64,000 nt of DNA, taken from contig OX597842.1 of assembly GCA_951406725.2 (NCBI GenBank), positions 24,242,001 to 24,306,000 on the forward strand, written 5' to 3'. The position numbers were made by a program, and so were the translations under genes. Source of the DNA: Octopus vulgaris. Taxonomy: Eukaryota. Numbering within the stretch: position 1 is the stretch's first letter; each line of letters starts with the position of its first letter. The notes below the pieces were generated by a model that made no database searches, had not been told where the DNA came from, and was given only the letters and a program-made list of their open reading frames with translations. Shown piece by piece: positions 1 through 17,270 of the stretch.

Positions 1-395
1 CAGAAACGACCGCCGGTTCCTTCGCCTTCTTTGGCCGCCTCGATTTTGTTCCCTTCGGTTTGGACGTCTCCAGGGAAGAGATCAAGGGTGACTCTGCGTC
101 AACAGGAGACTGTTTATTCAGTAAGAGAGCAACAACAGACTTTAGGTGCTCAACCTCTTGTTTGAGCAACTGTTCGTTGAGCTGACTATTGGTAGGACCA
201 TCATCTTGATGAGAAGCCCTACTTGCAGATCTGTTTCGATGCGTAGGTAGCTGAAATGATGGATGGTTGACTAAAAACAATCTTCTATGGGCTCTAGGAC
301 AAATCGGGGTTAAATCAGGAACAAAAAACAGGTGCAATCCTTGTAGGAGTAGGCAACAGCAGACAAAAACTGAGAGAGTTTGGGCTGAGCCGAAT
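1..395 (-). other. Unidentified coding-like frame running off the window
   Basis: A stop-free minus frame of more than 120 codons (..LNEQLLKQEVEHLKSVVALLL..KSRRPRRG) in GC-richer DNA. No start or family recognised; possibly a TE ORF1. Confidence 0.3.
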
Positions 396-2221
396 CACAA
401 TCCAAGATTGAAAGCAGACGGTGCAACGAGTCGGGAACCCTTCCTAATTGTCTGAAGCAGCTTTAGGATAAGGGATAGTATGTCCAAACTTTAGAATATT
501 GATATGCATGTAACATGTTCCACACGATTAAATATCATTTGACGTGCCATTTAGTACTTCAATAATTGCATCTGCGCATGTTTGTATATGTGTGAATAAT
601 GTGTTTATGTGCGAGAAGGCACATGTTTTTGTCTATTGTTAAATTAGATTATTAATTTTTCTTTTTTTTCTCACGTTTTTCCCTTTTAAAGTATTTCTTT
701 TTAAAGTAAATTATACGTTGGAGGGAGGGCTGGGGGTTTGTTTTTATAGTAAATTCTCTTTTCTCCCAGCACAGAGAAAGAAAGGGATTTTTCGTTGGTG
801 CCACCGGTATAATTCAGACCCGGAGAAAGATATTTCGGTGTCATCGTCAACTTGAATGTTTCTAATTGTAACGATAGTAGTAACTGCAGTAAATTCTGAT
901 AGCAGCAGTAGTAAATAGCTCATAAAGTGAGATGAAGAACGGTCGGTCAAATAGAGTTCAAATTGACCGCAACAGTGTTGATGGAACTTGTGAAACAGTG
1001 ACCTTGACTTTGAGAAAAATCAAAGGAGGGGCCGACTATAAGCAGTACTTGTGAATAGAGTCATGTACGAGAGCGAAACTATAAATAGTATTTTTCTTTT
1101 CTTTTTCTTTCTTCTTATTCTCCGCGTGTTTAATAATGCAATTGCAATAAAAGGTATGTCAAGAAGAAGATAAAGGTTAGCTGGTGTTTACGTCCATACT
1201 TTTAGCGTGCATTTAATTGTGGTGTTACAATAAAGGCATTTTACATAATCTGATACTCAAGGAAGAGGTGACGGCAAAATGTTCACACAAAAATGGAGAT
1301 ATTTATGATTCTAAAATTTTTGTCCCAAACTGTAGGTTTGGAATTCTTTAACTTATTTTGAGGGAAATTCAAATTACTCAAGTTGTGCAGGAAAACGATG
1401 CCAAATTATGTGACAGGGTATTTGGCCCCTCCCAATAAATATATATATATATAATCTAAAACTCTAAAATAATATACATAAAGGAAATAATATAAAAATT
1501 AGAAACGAAATAACAAAAAAATTTTTAAATAAAATATATGAATAACAAGTTAGAACCATGGGGACATTTTGTTTTCTAGACTTTTAGCTATCTTAATCCG
1601 TATGGTATAACAGCCTGGGACATGATTTACGATTCGATTTGTTTTTAATACCCGAGAAGAAAACGTAAGCAAAGTATCAATAAATAAATAAATAAATAAA
1701 AATAAAAATATTAAAATAGATAAAAATAAATATCGAATTTTTCATTTGACTAACTCTGCTTTACATTAATTTTCTTTCAGAGAGAAAGTGAATCTATCTA
1801 AATAAAAGTTTAAAAAAACCCCAAAAAAACACACATGTATATTATTAATTATCTTTTTTGTCCATGTTTGTGCTTTTGCAAAAATATATATTTATCGCTA
1901 ATACTGGGCGGTATCGCGGTATGCTGCAACTTATTTCGATTTTGAAAGTGTTGAACTATTAAGAAGCAATTTTATCCTGGTGAGGATACAAATCTAATGC
2001 AATAACTTGTGTGAGCTTGCTTAACCAATAAGAAATAGTTGCCAGCTTTCGCTCTAACCATACTTTACCCTATCGGGATGAACAAGGAAGGGCATGTTAA
2101 GTAGAGAAATTTAGATGCCATTGCGTAAGAACAGCTAGGCTCAGTTTGGAAGGGCTCTGATAAAAAGTCTGCTTGAAATGAGCTGTTTGATAGCGGACGC
2201 TAAATAGCAGCAGCAGCAGCA

Positions 2222-2590
2222 GTGGAGGCGCAATGGCCCAGTGGTTAGGGCAGCGGACTCGTGGTCGGAGGATCGCGGTTTCGATTCCCAGACCGGGCAT
2301 TGTGTGTGTTTATTGAGCGAAAACACCCAAAGCTCTACGAGGCTCAGGCAGGGGGTGGTGGCGACCCCTGTTGTACTCTTTCGCTCCAACTTTCTCTCAC
2401 TCTTTCTTCCTGTTTCATTTCCCCGACTTTCTATGCAACCGCTGAGCCTGGATGCGCATTCATCCATCCGTCGATGCTCTCGGTGTCGGGGGTTGACCTG
2501 CTTTCTCTTCTGCGGTTCTTACGAATAGCAAAGGACCACGTTTCGGACTTCTCCCACTACTTGCGAACTCTGGGACGATGACCGCGTCGC
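2222..2590 (+). mobile_element. tRNA-derived SINE inside a (CAG)n tract
   Basis: A box TGGCCCAGTGG and B box GGTTTCGATTCCC; flanked by CAG/CAA repeats. Confidence 0.75.
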
Positions 2591-3644
2591 ACAACAGCAA
2601 CAGCAGCAGCAACATCAATCCAGCAGCCGCCTGTCTGTTATAAATATTTTTAGTTTAATCATATGGGCTTAGTAGCTTCAATATATCGAATCACACCTTA
2701 ATTGCCCTAATTATTCCTGAATTAGTCTTGTCGAGATACTAGTGTATCCCTCTGCTAACCTATGGATCGGTGTATTTCGTCATCGACGTTGTATTGGGCT
2801 CCTCGCATAAATATTTAATTCTCAACAAACCACTTCAATTAGCTATGAATGAGAGTCATACAAAGGAACTGCTAGCTTTGTTGCTGTTGTTTCGCTACAG
2901 GCCTTCTTTAGTTGATAAGATCAATGATCAAAAGCTTCCAGCCATGACTGCCGCAACTCCTTTTATTTTCGTAGATCACATTTCTCCAAACTGATCTACA
3001 ATAAATGTTTGTTTTGAAGTTATATAATTTGTTGATATTATTTAATATACAAAATACTTGGTGTTAGATGCTAAGATACAGTGATGAGAGATAAACGAAG
3101 GGATAAGTTTGTTCATTAAATGCTAATGATGGTGGTTATCTAGTGAATATGCGATGGAGCCATTGAGTAGATGGTAACCATGTGAGAGAAGGAGTGTGAA
3201 GGAAATATATTTCCCAGTCACTGATGAAATGTTAAAATAAGACAATGGTAGGAAATTCTCAAGAGAGCTGAACAGCGGAAGGTCTTCGGAGAGGAAACCC
3301 TACTCAGGCAAGATCCAGAGGTAATGCGTTGACATATAAGGTGAATTGAAGGAAAAGCTTATAACATCAGATGAACATATTTTGGAACCACATCTCAAAG
3401 CAAAATAAGGCGAACACATGCACTTGCGGGTGTGTATGTGTGTGACCTGAGTCAATGCATGTCTAGGAGTCAGGAGTCAATGCAAGGGTGGCACAAAATT
3501 AGAATGTTCTGCTTTATATTAGGGATAAACCAGAAGTCCCTGACTGCTATGTCATCTGGAAGTTTATAGGAAGCTTCTTAAATCTCATTTTCATTTTGCT
3601 TTCCTGTCTGACCGCCAGGCATCACTCAGGTTTTAATTATACAA

Positions 3645-3830
3645 GGCGGCGAGCTGGCAGAAACGTTAGCACGCTGGGCGAAATGTGTAGCCGTAATCTT
3701 CTGAGTTCAAATTCCGCTGAGGTCGACTTTGCCTTTCATCCTTTCGGGGTCTGTATAACGGACTTAACCCGTGCGTCTGTCCTTGTTTGTCCTCTCTGTG
3801 TTTAGCCACTTGTGGGTAATAAAGAAATAA
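3645..3830 (+). mobile_element. SINE family 2 (GTCGACTTTGCCTTTCATCC domain)
   Basis: Head GGCGGCGAGCTGGCAGAA, tail CTTGTGGGTAATAAAGAAAT. Copies at 9285-9465(-), 43255-43635(-, rearranged) and 59655-59890. Confidence 0.75.
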
Positions 3831-5501
3831 GTTATACAAGGTTCCCTTGATTGTGTCGAGAATGATGAAAATTTGTGTGGGACTCTGAGCGGGTATTGCC
3901 CTGATTTTGGCAAAATCTGATGCAGATTCTCTGCTAAACTTTCTATCATACTCAATGTGACAATCACACGCTACACACCTTCCTTCCAAGCATTGCTGCA
4001 AACAGCAGAAGAGAGCTAGAATGTTAACACTTAGTGTGAATGGACAGCAGAGTTTAGAGTCAATCTTTCCCAAGTGGCTTCACTCTATGTATCTTAGCTT
4101 CGTTGCTATAGCAACAGTCTGCATATATGTATGTATATATGTATGCCATTGTTCAGTTTTATTTCAAAACTACTTGCCAATTTCTAACCTAAATCCAAGG
4201 ATCCTTCATTGGAATTTCACCATCAACAACAGAGTATGTAGGTCTTTTCGGTTTGAACAGCAGTTTTTAACATAATTTCTAGGTGACTAAACACTTTTAA
4301 ACTTCGTATACTGGTAGAATGTGTTTATAAAACATCTTTTTCTCCTGGCTTTATTGAGAAAATTCTACGGTTTGTAAGATATTTGTTGTCTTTTTTCTTC
4401 AATTTCAAGCAATCAATGACGTCTATTGAGGTGAAAACATTGTGCCGTATGAATATGTCCCTCGTTTAAGAAACAGATTGGGTTTATTTACATTTGTGAA
4501 GAAAAAAAGATACCCTTCCCCCCACCCTAAACCCTAAAAGAGATTGAAATGCAATGGATCGATACTAGGGTCATAATTATGGGTGACAATTTCATATGAC
4601 ACCGCTAGAAAAACTGCCATTCAAACCGAAAAGATCCAATACATTTCTAAATATCTCATAGAGATTTATGCAGTAGTGGTACGATAAAGATACCCTTCCC
4701 CCACCCCTAGCCCAAATAGATTGTAATGCAAAGATCGATACTAGGGTTATAATTATGGGTGACATTTTCATGACACCGCGACAAAAAAATCCCATTTTCT
4801 GTAGCAGTGTCGTATGAAATTGTCACCCACAATTATAACCTTAGTATCGATCTTTGCATTTCAATCTATTTTAGGGTTAGGGGTGGGGGAAGGGTACCTT
4901 TTTTTTCTTTGCAAATGCAAATAAACCCACTCTGTTTCTTAAACAAGGGACATATTCATACAGCACGGTATGTTTTGACTCCAGATGGACGTATTTGATT
5001 GGTTAAAATTGCCAAAATGCTCAATTTTAAAGTGGAAATATGTTACAAACTATAGAATTTTCTCAATAAAGCCAAGATAAAATGATGTTTTATAAACACA
5101 TTCTACCAGTATACGAAGTTTAAAAGAGTTTAGTTAACTAGAAATTGTGTAGACATATGCCATTCAAAAGGAAAAGCTCTGCACAAACTTGTACGAAGTA
5201 CAGACATCTGCGTGTTAACATACATCTCAGGAAAAACAGCCTTCTCATATTCAATACGATTGGTGGCACCCTGGTAGTACATATCATTGTGGAAAACGTA
5301 AAACCACCCATAATTGTTATATATATATTAATTACCAGAGTGACTCACGACTTGACTGGTTATAGACGCCTGGTAATATTTACGTAAAGTGGTCCCGCTG
5401 CGCGCCATCGCGCTAGCTAGTTGTGACTAGTCGATCCTACGACTACCTAGCGCGAGTGCACGTATGCAAATTAATAGATGCGTACATGCGCAAAGCACGT
5501 A

Positions 5502-6012
5502 CTGTAAGTCTTCGAGTATAATCCACATTTCCCCAAAAAAATTTAAAGGTCAAAATCCCAGGTGTGGATTATATACGAGGTTAAAATGAAAAATATTTTC
5601 TAAGCAACGTCCGAGTCTCTATTTGCTCTCCGGAAATGTTTATTCAGACGCAATTTGTGATGTCGGGCGTGAAAATACCTTAAGCTAAGCCTGAAAGCAA
5701 TGAAGTCATAAAAGAATCATCCATAACTTGCAGTAAGCAACATTTATTAAACGTTATTACTGTTATTTCTTTATTTTCTGCAAACAAAATACACAAAAAA
5801 GCTACATGTTTGCATTATGTTATATATACAATAATAAGAAAGGATGTTACCATATACATTTTTACAAACCAAGGATGTTATGTAGACCTCCTTGACTCAG
5901 GTTAGAGAAAGGGTGCATATTATACACAAGGTTTAGGTTTTTCAGAGGTACAGCCCCTAAAAATTCCCCTGAGTATTAGACTCAAGGGCGGACTACACTC
6001 AAAGAATTTTGG
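5502..6012. mobile_element. Tc1/pogo-like MITE with TA TSD
   Basis: TA|C(T/C)GTAA..TCGAGTATAATCC imperfect TIRs; inverted copies at 41260-41773 and 20468-20862 (partial). Confidence 0.6.
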
Positions 6013-6186
6013 TATGTATTTAAAGGCTGTATATCAAATAATTTTTTTTATTTTAAAACAAGGTAAATAATTTTTTCACAAAAAGTAAATAATTATTAAC
6101 TAATTAGGGAGAGAGTCAGTTTAGATGAGATGCAGTTTGGGTTCATGCCAGGGAAAAGCACCACTGATGCTATATATTTCTGGTAA

Positions 6187-9190
<3,004 letters not shown>

Positions 9191-9569
9191 CACAAAAAGA
9201 AAATGACTCTCCCCAGACACAACAGAATATGCTTCAATACACGAATTCATATAAAGAATCTTGCAAACCAAATAGAATTAATATCTGTTTCTTTATTACC
9301 CACAAGGGGCGAAACACGGACGGGACAAACAAGGACAGACTAACGGATTAAGTAGTTTACATTGACTCCAGTGCGTAACTGGTACTTAATTTACCGACCC
9401 CGAAAGGATGAAAGGCAAAGTCGACCTCGGCGGAATTTGAACCCAGAACGTAACGGCGGACGAAATTAATATCGATGTCAGACTAGCAACATTGAATACT
9501 TTCATTATTGTCTGGAGTTCCGAATTTTCCAGGTTCTTCTGCTTTCACTAAAAATAAAATATGTACGAT

Positions 9570-9775
9570 ATCTTACCTGTTATGATAAATAAATCAGTGC
9601 TAAAAGTCAATTAACGCAAACCACACCAAAAAAGCCATTCAGCGGGAAACGTAATTTAAAGAAAGCTCAAAAAATAGACATGGAATATCGACGGAACGAA
9701 CTGAATATCCGGATGTTGTATATATCGTAATACTATACATTTATCGGATGCTAAAACTAAGTTGGTAAATTCTCA
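9570..9775 (-). promoter_or_regulatory. Promoter / exon 1 module (A1)
   Basis: Diverged homologous module; donor CAG|GTAAGA at 9576-9575. Confidence 0.62.
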
Positions 9776-10821
9776 ATGTTTTTTATTGGTATAATTACTT
9801 TTCAAAAATGTGAGTTATGAGGAAAAATCCAAATGATGACAAAACATACAAAACTGACTGCTTATTTTCATATCTATTGGTACTTTTCCACTATCCTGTT
9901 ACCGAACCCTTAAATTACAGGGACGGAACGAAACAAACTCGATTTTGTCAAAGAGGGACGGAGGGAAAACAGGAAGACTCGTGTGTGTTATTTCTACCTG
10001 TATTCGAAAACCATTGTTGCTTTGTTTACATACCTGTATCTTCGTTGTGCAACAGTATAACTACCAAATTAAAAATATGTTCTGGTGTTGCTTTGTTAAA
10101 TGAATCCTACGAGCTGATACTTCAGCCTGGTCGCAGTATAATTATACAGAATTTAAATGAAACACACATATACGCACATGTTTCTGTGTACTTAAACATG
10201 TGCTTGTGTATTTATGTATGTACGTACTTCTCTAGACACGTCCACGTCCATCCATCCATCTTTCCTTCCTACTTTCTCCCTTCCCTCATATTCCTGGTCA
10301 ACTTTGGTATGGTCTCCATAGCTTGATGCCCTCCCTAGCGCTAACAACGTTGCAGTGTGTATAAGGTGTTTGTCTCTTACTACCAACATCAGAGGGGGGC
10401 GCCGAATAACTGTAGGACATGAAGAAATATGGAAAGGGAAAAGTTCTTCAGTTCTATATTTAAGAGATGAGGAATTATTTACATTCTTATTATTATTATT
10501 ATCCAGGTCACTGCCTGGAATCGAACACTTATCCGTCAAATGTAAATAATGTACATAATTCCTCATCTCTTAAATATAGAACTGAAGAACTTTTCCCTTT
10601 CCTTATGTACGTATTCAGATAAGTACGTACATACGTAAATACACAAGCACATGTTTAAGTACACAGATATATGTGCGTATATGTGTGTTTCATTTAAATT
10701 CTGTATAATTATACTGCGACCAGGCTGAAGTATCAGCTCGTAGGTTTCATTTAACAAAGCAACACCAGAACATATTTATCGGTCACTTTTGCTGAAGCGC
10801 TAAGTTATGCTATCTTCCTGG

Positions 10822-12465
10822 TGAGGCAAAAGCAGAAGTACTTGGTCAAAGATATATCTTTGCATTTGGATTTTGTTGACATGGAGAAAGCTTTTGACAG
10901 AGTCCCCTACTCTATTATTTGGTGAGCAATAGAGAAGCTAAGTTAAGTTAATTTTTTGGCTCAAAAAGCAAAAAGCAAGGCCATGTAGGGGGACATGGAG
11001 TTATGTACAGGGAGGGTGGTCATACAGAGTTCAGCCATTTGTGGTCAAGAGGGTCTTTGAACCGAGTGGTCGTCGGCATCTTCACTATCTCATCCGGCAG
11101 CTTATTCCACGGATCCGCAACCCGGACTGAGAAAGCCCCTCTCCTTCGATTGAGATGAAATTGTCGTAGATAGAGCTTTTTGGAGTGACCCCGCAGTGGA
11201 CGCTCTGGAGCAGGAGTGAAGAACAGCTCTTTCGAGAGGTTACACTTTCTGCTTATGATGTTGTGAGCAAGAATGAGATCACCACAGCATCGTCATTTAG
11301 GGAGAGATGAGTGGTTGGTGAGACATGCAAAAGCCATGTATAGGGATGCTGTCAGTAAGGTAAATGTCACCAATGAGTATAGCATGAATTTTAGTGTAAA
11401 AATAGGAGTCCACCAAGGATCGTTTTTCACCCCACTCTTGTTTATCATAGTCCTGCAAGCAATAACAGAGGAATTTAAGATTGGCTTCCCTTGGGATCTC
11501 TTCCAAGCTGATGACCTTCTTATTATTGCTGAATCGCTACCACAATTAGAGAACAAATTTTGGATCTTTTCCTTTTGAACGGCACTTTGTAACATAATTT
11601 CTAGTTAACTAAACACTTTTAAACTTCGTATACTGGTAGAATGTGTTTATAAAACATCACTTTTTCTTGGCTTTATTGAGAAAATTCTATAGTTTGTAAG
11701 ATATTTCGTCTGAATATTCGAATAATTTGGCAATTTTAACCAATCGCTGGAGTCTATTTAGGTAAACACTCCATGCTGTATGAATATGTCCCTCCTTTAA
11801 GAAACAGATTGGGTTTATTTACATTTGTGAAGAAAAAAAGATACCCTTCCCACACCCCTAACTCTAAAATAGATTGAAATGCAATAGATCGATACTAGGG
11901 CCATAATTATGGGTGACATTTTCATTTGACACCGCTAGAAAAAATCCCACTTTCTGTAGCGGTGTCGTATGAAATTGTCATCCATAATTATGGCCCTAGT
12001 ATCGATCTATTGCATTTCAATCTCTTTTAGATTTAGGGTTCGGGGTGGGGGAATGGTATCTTTTTTTCTTCACAAATGTAAATAAACCCAATCTGTTTCT
12101 TAAAGGAGGGACATATTCATTATGCACAGAATGTTATTTACCTAAATGGAGAGCAGTGATTGGTTAAAATTGCCGAAAGATCTTACAACCTACAGAATTT
12201 TCTCAATAAATCCAAGAAAAAATGATGTTTTATAAACACATTCTAATAGTATACGAAGTTTAAAAGTGCTTAGTTAACTAGAAATTGTGTTGAAAAGCGC
12301 CGTTCAAAAGGAAAAGATCCCGAATTGAAAAACTATACAGTAAATTTAGCAAAGACCAAAGACAGATCTTGTCAGAGAGATGGCCCTGCTCGGCATGTAG
12401 AAAAGATGTCAGGAGAAACTCCATGTAGTGTACCCAGTACAAGCTATGGACACATATTGTTCATT
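10822..12465 (+). mobile_element. RTE-type LINE fragment with nested CR1/L2 3' end (about 10940-11295, minus) and MITE
   Basis: FVDMEKAFDRVP and GVHQGS..PLLFIIVL..QADDL motifs; inverted copy at 58675-59431. Confidence 0.8.
11562..12320. mobile_element. Palindromic GGATCTTTTC-family MITE (about 760 bp)
   Basis: The two halves are reverse complements around about 11950. Absent from the paralogous site near 58815. Confidence 0.88.
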
Positions 12466-12904
12466 TGATTATAGGCTGGAGATTGTGGGATAGCCTAAGC
12501 ATGTCCAGCAGAGAACAACTGATCATCGTTGGGAACTGGAATGTGATACAATGGTGTCGGAATAACATATCCACAAGAAAACAGCAAATTAATGTAATTA
12601 AAATTGTTTGAATGAAAACCACACACATCATAATTAATGAGTTGAGGAAAATGTAAAAAATTTATTAGTCTCAAAAAAAGTAATACAATTGCTGTATTTT
12701 ATTCCCCATTTTATCACTGGTATTGTTATTGATCAATATGAATAAATACAGGTTTAGTTAAATTACATTAAGAGAATGATTTTGCACAGATAACACAGCA
12801 ATATGTCTTCTCTCCTGTATGAATGCATTTAAAATTAGTTAAACAACATAATCCAAAGAGAATGATTTACTACAGATATCAAAACCAAAAATCAAAATCA
12901 TAAT

Positions 12905-13192
12905 CGATCAACATCAATGGAATTTGTAGCTGTGATACCAAGGCCGGTGGCACATAAGAGAACCATCCGAACGTGGACGTTTGCCAGCCCCGTCTGGCAC
13001 CTTTGCCGGTGGCACGTAAAAAGCATCCACTACAATCACAGAGTGGTTGGCGTTAAGAAGGGCATCCAGCTGTAGAAACACTGCCAGATCAGACTGGAGC
13101 CTGGTGCAGCCTTCTGGCTTCCCAGACCCCAGTTGAACCGTCCAACCCATGCTAGCATGGAAAGCGGACGCTAAACGATGATGATGATGATC
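12905..13192 (+). mobile_element. (GAT)n-tailed RTE-type SINE/LINE 3' repeat (family 3)
   Basis: GAGTGGTTGGCGTTA(G/A)GAAGGGCATCCAGC..AACCCATGCTAGCATGGAAAG..(GAT)n. Copies at 18135-18370, 25540-25778, 57937-58215(-), 59530-59655, 60160-60435, 60760-60925 and 60960-61113. Confidence 0.8.
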
Positions 13193-13503
13193 ACAGTGAT
13201 ACAATATCTCCCCAATCTAAGTGGATTTGTGATAAAAATATTTTCTTACGCAGAATGATTTACTGCAGATATTACTGTGCTATGCTTTCTCTCCTGTATG
13301 AATGAATTTGTAATTAGTTAAATGTTGTTCCACAATGAATGATTTACCACACCTCTTACAGTGAAAGGGCTTCTCTCTTGTATAAATACATTTATGAGTA
13401 TATATAGTATGTTCCTGAGATATAGTTTGTCTCCTTTATGAGTGGACTTATGATTACTCAAATATTTTCTTACACAGAATGATTTACTGCAGATATCACA
13501 GTG

Positions 13504-14388
13504 CTATGATTTCTCTCCTGTATGAATGTATTTGTGTCTATTAAAATTACTTTTACGAGAGAATGATTTACCACAGATATCACAGTGATATCGTTTCTCT
13601 CCTGTATGAATGTATTTGTGTCTATTAAGGTTACTTTTTCCAGAGAATGATATACCACAGATATCACACTGATATGGCTTTTCATTAGTGTGAGTAAGTT
13701 CATGAACAGTTAAATTACTTCTCACTACAAAGGATTTACCACAGATATTGCAGTGATGTGGTTTCTCTCCTGTATGAATTGATTTGTGATAAGTAAGGCT
13801 AATCTTATGAGGGAATGATTTACCACAAATATTGCAGTGATGTGGCTTCTCACCTGTATGTGTAAGTTTGTGAGTAATAAATTGACTTTTAAATGAAAAG
13901 GATTTATCACAGATATCACAGTGATATGGTTTCTCTCCTGTGTGAATATATTTGTGAGAAGTCAGGCTACCTTTTTGACAGAATGATTTACCACAAATAT
14001 CACACTGATAAGGTTTCTCTCCTGTGTGACTGTGTTTGTGAGAATCAAGGTGATTTCTTTGAGAGAATGATTTACCACAGATGTCACAGTGATACGGTTT
14101 CTCTCCTGTATGAATGTATTTGTGTCTATTAAGGGTACTCCTATTAGAGAATGATTTACCACAAATACCACATTGATATGGTTTCTCTCCTGTATGAATG
14201 TATTTGTGATGAGTAAGATGATCTTTCTTAGAGAATGATCTGCCACAGATATCACAGCGATATTGCTTTCCACTTGGATCAATACACTTGTGAACAGTGA
14301 GATTTGCTGTATTAGAAAAAGTCTTTTTACAGATATCACATTGGTCTGATAATTTTTCTCTTTCTCTTGTCATCTCCGGCGGATTCAT
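13504..14388 (-). CDS. C2H2 zinc-finger protein B1, 294 aa, 10 fingers (first degenerate)
   Basis: The first true ATG is 14388 ([11 protein letters not shown]); the ORF-track start at 14520 is not an ATG. The finger array is intact and ends TGEKS-TAG. Acceptor at 14753-14754. Confidence 0.9.
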   Translation of the reverse strand: MNPPEMTREREKLSDQCDICKKTFSNTANLTVHKCIDPSGKQYRCDICGRSFSKKDHLTHHKYIHTGEKPYQCGICGKSFSNRSTLNRHKYIHTGEKPYHCDICGKSFSQRNHLDSHKHSHTGEKPYQCDICGKSFCQKGSLTSHKYIHTGEKPYHCDICDKSFSFKSQFITHKLTHTGEKPHHCNICGKSFPHKISLTYHKSIHTGEKPHHCNICGKSFVVRSNLTVHELTHTNEKPYQCDICGISFSGKSNLNRHKYIHTGEKRYHCDICGKSFSRKSNFNRHKYIHTGEKS

Positions 14389-16169
14389 TATTCTTCTGCA
14401 GTATGCAACACCAAAATATATTTTTCTTTTCTTCTTTATAAATGTCTTTGTAGATTCAAATACTTCTACTGCTATATTTACAGCAAATCTGATCTTCTCG
14501 AATATCTGAAGATAATACAAAGACCTTCACAGATTTTTCCAAATTCAAACAGAATGTAAAATACTGGCAATGAAGAAAACAAACGTTCGTATTAATTCCA
14601 AAGAAATATTACACAGTTATTCACCATAGATTTGTAATAGAAACAGGGTTATATATATTATTTATAATATCTTCCATTAGTCTTCAAATGATGATCAATG
14701 TTCATGATGTATCTGATGTAAAAACTCCTTTATACCACTAACATCTCATATTCTGAAATGACACAGAAACAGTTGAAGATATAGGAAAGACTTGAAAAGC
14801 AGAGATTCAACTATAAAAAATATTACTACATTTTCATAATAATAAACTGTTTATATAAATCTTAACCCGAATAATTAGTCTCTATACACAGACTTTTGTT
14901 CCTTTGCCTTCAGATATTATGTAAAATGTTAAACTACAAAATATTGGACAATAACTTCCTACTATCTTCAGAAATGTGATAAGTCACTGTTGTTTAGTCC
15001 GGAATCATCCCTGGCTGATCAGGTCTATTAATGAAATTAGGTTGTGTTCACGACTTTTAAAATAATAATAATGAAATTACTGTATACAGTGCTCAGGTGC
15101 ACCACAACTTGTCAAAAGTGTGTATAAAGTATATGCAGTAATGTACAAATGTCTGGAAAGTGAACAGTGTATGAGTCAGATACATGCTTGCGTGTGTATG
15201 GAGGGGAGAAAATCAGGTGTAGTGTTGGCGAATCTCAGGAAGCATGGAAAGAAGCCCGTCGTATATATGTGTACATGTATGTTTGTGTGTGTGTTTATGT
15301 GTCTGTGTTTGTCACCCTAACATCGCTGGACAACCGATGCTGGTGTGTTTACGTCCCCGTAACTTAGCGGTTCGGCTAAAGGGACCGAATAGAATAAATC
15401 CTGGGGTCGATTTGCTCGACTGAAAGGTGGTGCTCCAGCATGGCCACAGTCAAATGACTGAAACAAGTAAACAAGAGAACAGAGATAGCTATTAAAGCCA
15501 ATCATTTTGACAAAATAAACAGCAAATAGTGATACGTAGCAAGTTATACCTCTATAATAAAGCGATAGACAGCTTCGAATGGACACAAGTAACAAATGGA
15601 ATGTCTACTGTAATAAAAGAAGACGATCTTACGGTATAAGTACCGGTGTACTTCCGGAAGTACCAGATACATTTCAAAAAAGTGTTTTTTTTTATATATG
15701 GGGAGTTAGGGTTTCTGTGAGGGCTAGGGTTTGTGTTAGGGTTAGGGTATGTGGCGATCCTTCGGTATATGTACACACGTGACTTTGTTTACATTTCTGA
15801 AGATATGAGCTCCAGCGGTGGTGCCCCAGCATGGCCGCGGCTTTCGGGCAAAAACATTTATAAGGATTTTAATGATTTATAACAGAAACCCTAACCCTAA
15901 CACCCCATATATAAAAAAAAACCCACTTTTCTTAAATGTATCCGGTACTTATACCGTAACATCGCCTAAAAGACATAAAAAATTTGGTGCATTTTCATCG
16001 ACATACCAAGTAAAAATTAAGATTAGATTTTCTTGGCATTATTCAAGAAGTTTAACGGAGAATGGAATTAATATCGAAATCAGATTAGCAACATTCAAAA
16101 CTTTCACAATTGTCTGGAGTTTCCAATTAACCAGGGTCATCGGCTTTTACCACAAACAAAACATGTATT

Positions 16170-16375
16170 GTATCTTACCTGTGATGATAAATAAATTAGT
16201 GTTTAATATGAATTAACGTTAATTACGGAAAGGATCGATCTGGCGGGAAATATAATTTAAAGGCACTTTAGAAAAATCGACACGGAACGTCAACGAAACG
16301 AACTAATCTCTAAATATTGTATCCATCCTATAACTACGCATTTGTCGGATGCTAAAACTGAAGTGGTAAATTTTT
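16170..16375 (-). promoter_or_regulatory. Promoter / exon 1 module (B1)
   Basis: Reverse-complement copy of the B2 module; donor GT at 16178-16177. Confidence 0.7.
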
Positions 16376-17079
16376 AATGGTTTTTATTGCTATAATTCCG
16401 TTTACGAAATGTGAATTATAATGAAAAAAACCCGAATAATGTCAAAAAATACAAAAGTATATGCTGACTACTTATTTTCAGGTTTTTTGCTACTCTTACG
16501 ATCTCCTCTTTAAACCTCTAGTATCGTTCTTCGTTTATTTCTTTTTAAGGTTAAGGTGAGAAACCCGTGGGTTGTTTTCTAACCAATACCCAAGAAATTA
16601 TTTTTCTCTTAGCTTTATTGAGAAAATCCTACATTTTGTAAGATATTTGTTGTTTTTTATTTCTGCAATTTCAACTAATAAATGACGTCTATTGAGGTGA
16701 AAACATTCTGTGCCGTTTGAATATGTACCTCGTTTAAGAAACAGATTGGATTTATTTACATTTCTGAAGAAAAAAAAGATAACCTTTCCTCAACTCCTAA
16801 CCCTAAAACATATTGAAATGCAATAGATCGATACTAGGGTCATAATTATGGGTGACAATTTCATATGATGCCGCTAGAAAAAACTGCCGTTCAAACGGAA
16901 AACATTCGATGGGAGTAAGACACACGTGTCTGTTCCCCACACCCACCACTATCTGACAAGTCGTGTTGCTTTCTTTGACATTGTGGTTCGGTACGCGGAG
17001 GACGTAAAAGTAGCAATAAAAATGTCAGCTTTGTATCATTTGTTATTATTTGGATTTTTTCTTACAATTCACATTTTCA

Positions 17080-17270
17080 AAAATTTACCACTTTACTTTT
17101 AGCATCAGACAAAAGTGTTATTAATACGGGAAGCACAACAACCGGATTCTTAATTCGTTTCGTTGACGTTCCGTGTCGGCTTTTCGATGTGTCTTTTTCG
17201 CTAGATCGCTTATTTGTGTAATTAAAAATATTATAAAACACCGACTAATATATTATAAGAGTTAAGATGT
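17080..17270 (+). promoter_or_regulatory. Promoter / exon 1 module (C1), donor altered
   Basis: Same module, but the donor position reads GAGTTAAGA. Lies head-to-head with the B1 module. Confidence 0.6.

Larger units (their letters stand above)
2978..6186. repeat. Segmental duplication, inverted copy of 41088-44332
   Basis: Colinear reverse-complement match over about 3.2 kb, including shared TE insertions. Confidence 0.9.
10822..16600. repeat. Segmental duplication, inverted copy of 53867-59431
   Basis: Reverse-complement match covering promoter, intron, ZNF exon and 3' flank. Confidence 0.92.

Noticed and set aside
2222-2300. Possible tRNA gene
   Set aside because: A and B boxes continue into a SINE body and no complete cloverleaf or acceptor stem was seen.
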